Assembly: GCF_000621645.1 (NCBI RefSeq)
Contig: NZ_JHXR01000002.1
Span: forward strand, 210,001-242,000
DNA length: 32,000 nucleotides
Direction of reading: 5' to 3'
DNA from: Vibrio cholerae ATCC 14035
Lineage (GTDB): Bacteria; Pseudomonadota; Gammaproteobacteria; Enterobacterales; Vibrionaceae
Position numbers and translations under genes: made by a program. The first letter of the stretch is position 1. The number at the start of each line of letters is the position of its first letter. A model generated the notes under the pieces. It saw only the letters and a list, made by a program, of their open reading frames with translations, ran no database searches and was not told where the DNA came from. Positions 30,770 to 32,000 of the stretch are shown in pieces.

Positions 30770-32000
30770 ATGAAAATGAACCTGTCAACGCCTTTCCCAT
30801 TAGGAGCAACACTCGATGCAGAGGGTTGTAACTTTGCGATTTATGCTCCAGCCAATCGAGATATTCTCTTGGCTCTCTTTCATGCTGACGGTAGCTATGA
30901 AACACATCAGCTTGAACATGAATATGCAGGGGTCAAACATACGCATATTTCTGGCATTCATGCTGGGCAGAAATACGGTTATTTAATCCAGCTCAATGAT
31001 GAATTGCATTATATTTCTGACCCTTACGCTCGAGCGTTAGAAGGGCCGCTGCATTATGCTCCGCCATTTGACAGCCATAAAAGTTTTGATCTGCCAAAAT
31101 GTGTAGTCACAGATACCCACTTTGATTGGCAAAACGTGGCTAAGCCGCGTATCGCCCGAGATGAGATGGTGTTATTTGAAACCCATGTCAAAGGGTTAAC
31201 CCAATTAAATCCGGATGTAGAAAAAGCCCTACGTGGCAAATATTTAGGGTTGGTGAGCCAACCTATGCTGGATTTTTATCGCCAGCAAAATATTAATACT
31301 CTGCAGCTACTCCCAATTGCAGCTTGTATGCATGAGCCCCATCTCTTGGAAAGTGGCAAGGTCAATTATTGGGGTTATAACCCTTATGTATTTATGGCCC
31401 CCGATCCACGTTACGCAAGTAAAGACGCCGTCAATGAACTAAAAACCACCATCCGTGAGCTGCATCGCAACGGCATCCAAGTCATTTTGGATGTGGTGTA
31501 TAACCACACTGCAGAAGGTGGAACCAATGGACCGGTGTTCAACCTCAAAGCCCTTGATCCAAACTACTATCTGCACCATGGCGATCACTACGCCAACTAC
31601 ACGGGATGTGGCAACACGGTCGATCTCTCCAACCAAGCGGCTCTGAATTTAGTGATGGACACGCTTCGCTGTTGGGTAACAGAATATCAGATTGACGGTT
31701 TTCGTTTCGATTTAGCCGCCACCCTCGGCCGACGTGGTGATGAGTTCAGCAAAGAAGCGGCCTTTTTCAAAGCCGTTGCACAAGATCCGGTGCTGCGCGA
31801 AGTAAAGCTGATTGCCGAACCTTGGGACATTGGCCCCAATGGCTACCAAGTGGGTAACTTTCCTTTTGGTTGGAATGAAACCAACGACAAACTACGCGAT
31901 ATTACCCGTAGCTTCTGGCGTGGCGACCTAGGCTTTTTGAAGGAGTTTGCAACACGCCTCATGGGTTCACGCGACCTCTACAGCGCGGCTAACTGGCCTT
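30770..32000 (+). CDS. glgX: glycogen debranching enzyme GlgX (GH13 isoamylase-type), 3'-truncated by window edge
   Basis: This ORF is absent from the ORF track because it runs off the window. My manual translation from ATG 30770 (MKMNLSTPFPLGATLDAEGCNFAIYAP...) is open to nt 32000. It contains GH13 region I (QVILDVVYNHTAEG), region II (GFRFDLAATL) and EPWDIGP. Confidence 0.9.
   Translation, partial: MKMNLSTPFPLGATLDAEGCNFAIYAPANRDILLALFHADGSYETHQLEHEYAGVKHTHISGIHAGQKYGYLIQLNDELHYISDPYARALEGPLHYAPPFDSHKSFDLPKCVVTDTHFDWQNVAKPRIARDEMVLFETHVKGLTQLNPDVEKALRGKYLGLVSQPMLDFYRQQNINTLQLLPIAACMHEPHLLESGKVNYWGYNPYVFMAPDPRYASKDAVNELKTTIRELHRNGIQVILDVVYNHTAEGGTNGPVFNLKALDPNYYLHHGDHYANYTGCGNTVDLSNQAALNLVMDTLRCWVTEYQIDGFRFDLAATLGRRGDEFSKEAAFFKAVAQDPVLREVKLIAEPWDIGPNGYQVGNFPFGWNETNDKLRDITRSFWRGDLGFLKEFATRLMGSRDLYSAANWP

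Noticed and set aside
1-32000. Search for a CRISPR array, tRNA/rRNA genes, integrase/transposase genes, toxin-antitoxin pairs or defence-system signatures
   Set aside because: I saw no regularly spaced direct repeats, cloverleaf candidates, rRNA-like segments, recombinase motifs or small adjacent TA-like gene pairs. The only mobile-type sequences are the non-coding ERIC-like repeats.

Overview
Gene-dense 32-kb window with 33 protein-coding genes on both strands. I found no rRNA, tRNA, CRISPR array, integrase, transposase or prophage genes. Gene content and order (ohrR/ohr, an OmpU-like porin, nhaD, ada-alkA/ogt, hdfR/maoP, nagB, malM-lamB, glgX) match my recollection of the Vibrio cholerae small chromosome. 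This placement is from memory and unverified. Left to right the window holds: a 5'-truncated unknown ORF coupled to a NemA-like Old Yellow Enzyme; a CtlX-like guanidino-modifying enzyme divergent from a fused ABC exporter; a DUF445 membrane protein; a second OYE paralog divergent from a TetR regulator; an amino-acid exporter cluster (LysE, AraC regulator, AzlCD); an FAH-family enzyme; OhrR/Ohr; a porin with a Pho-box-like upstream element; an EamA transporter followed by a two-CxxC glutaredoxin; yjiH/yjiG-like genes; NhaD; an AdaA-AlkA fusion/Ogt/lipoprotein operon; DoxX; divergent hdfR-maoP; a large HExxH/QEGLA-motif protein; a small orphan; NagB; a membrane-anchored Sel1-repeat protein; malM-lamB; and the 5' part of glgX. 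Non-coding content includes one full-length 128-bp ERIC-like palindromic repeat. A 40-bp mini copy is explained by deletion between GTAGG microhomologies, and a possible decayed arm lies in the ABC exporter leader. There are also about a dozen hairpin terminators and candidate TetR, OhrR, PhoB and MalT operator clusters. I do not see a convincing novel multi-gene system such as a defence island. The least-explained loci are the 663-aa HExxH/QEGLA protein next to maoP, the hdfR-maoP pair itself, the EamA plus double-CxxC glutaredoxin pair, the Sel1 protein inside the mal/nag neighbourhood, and the structured 362-bp leader of the ABC exporter.
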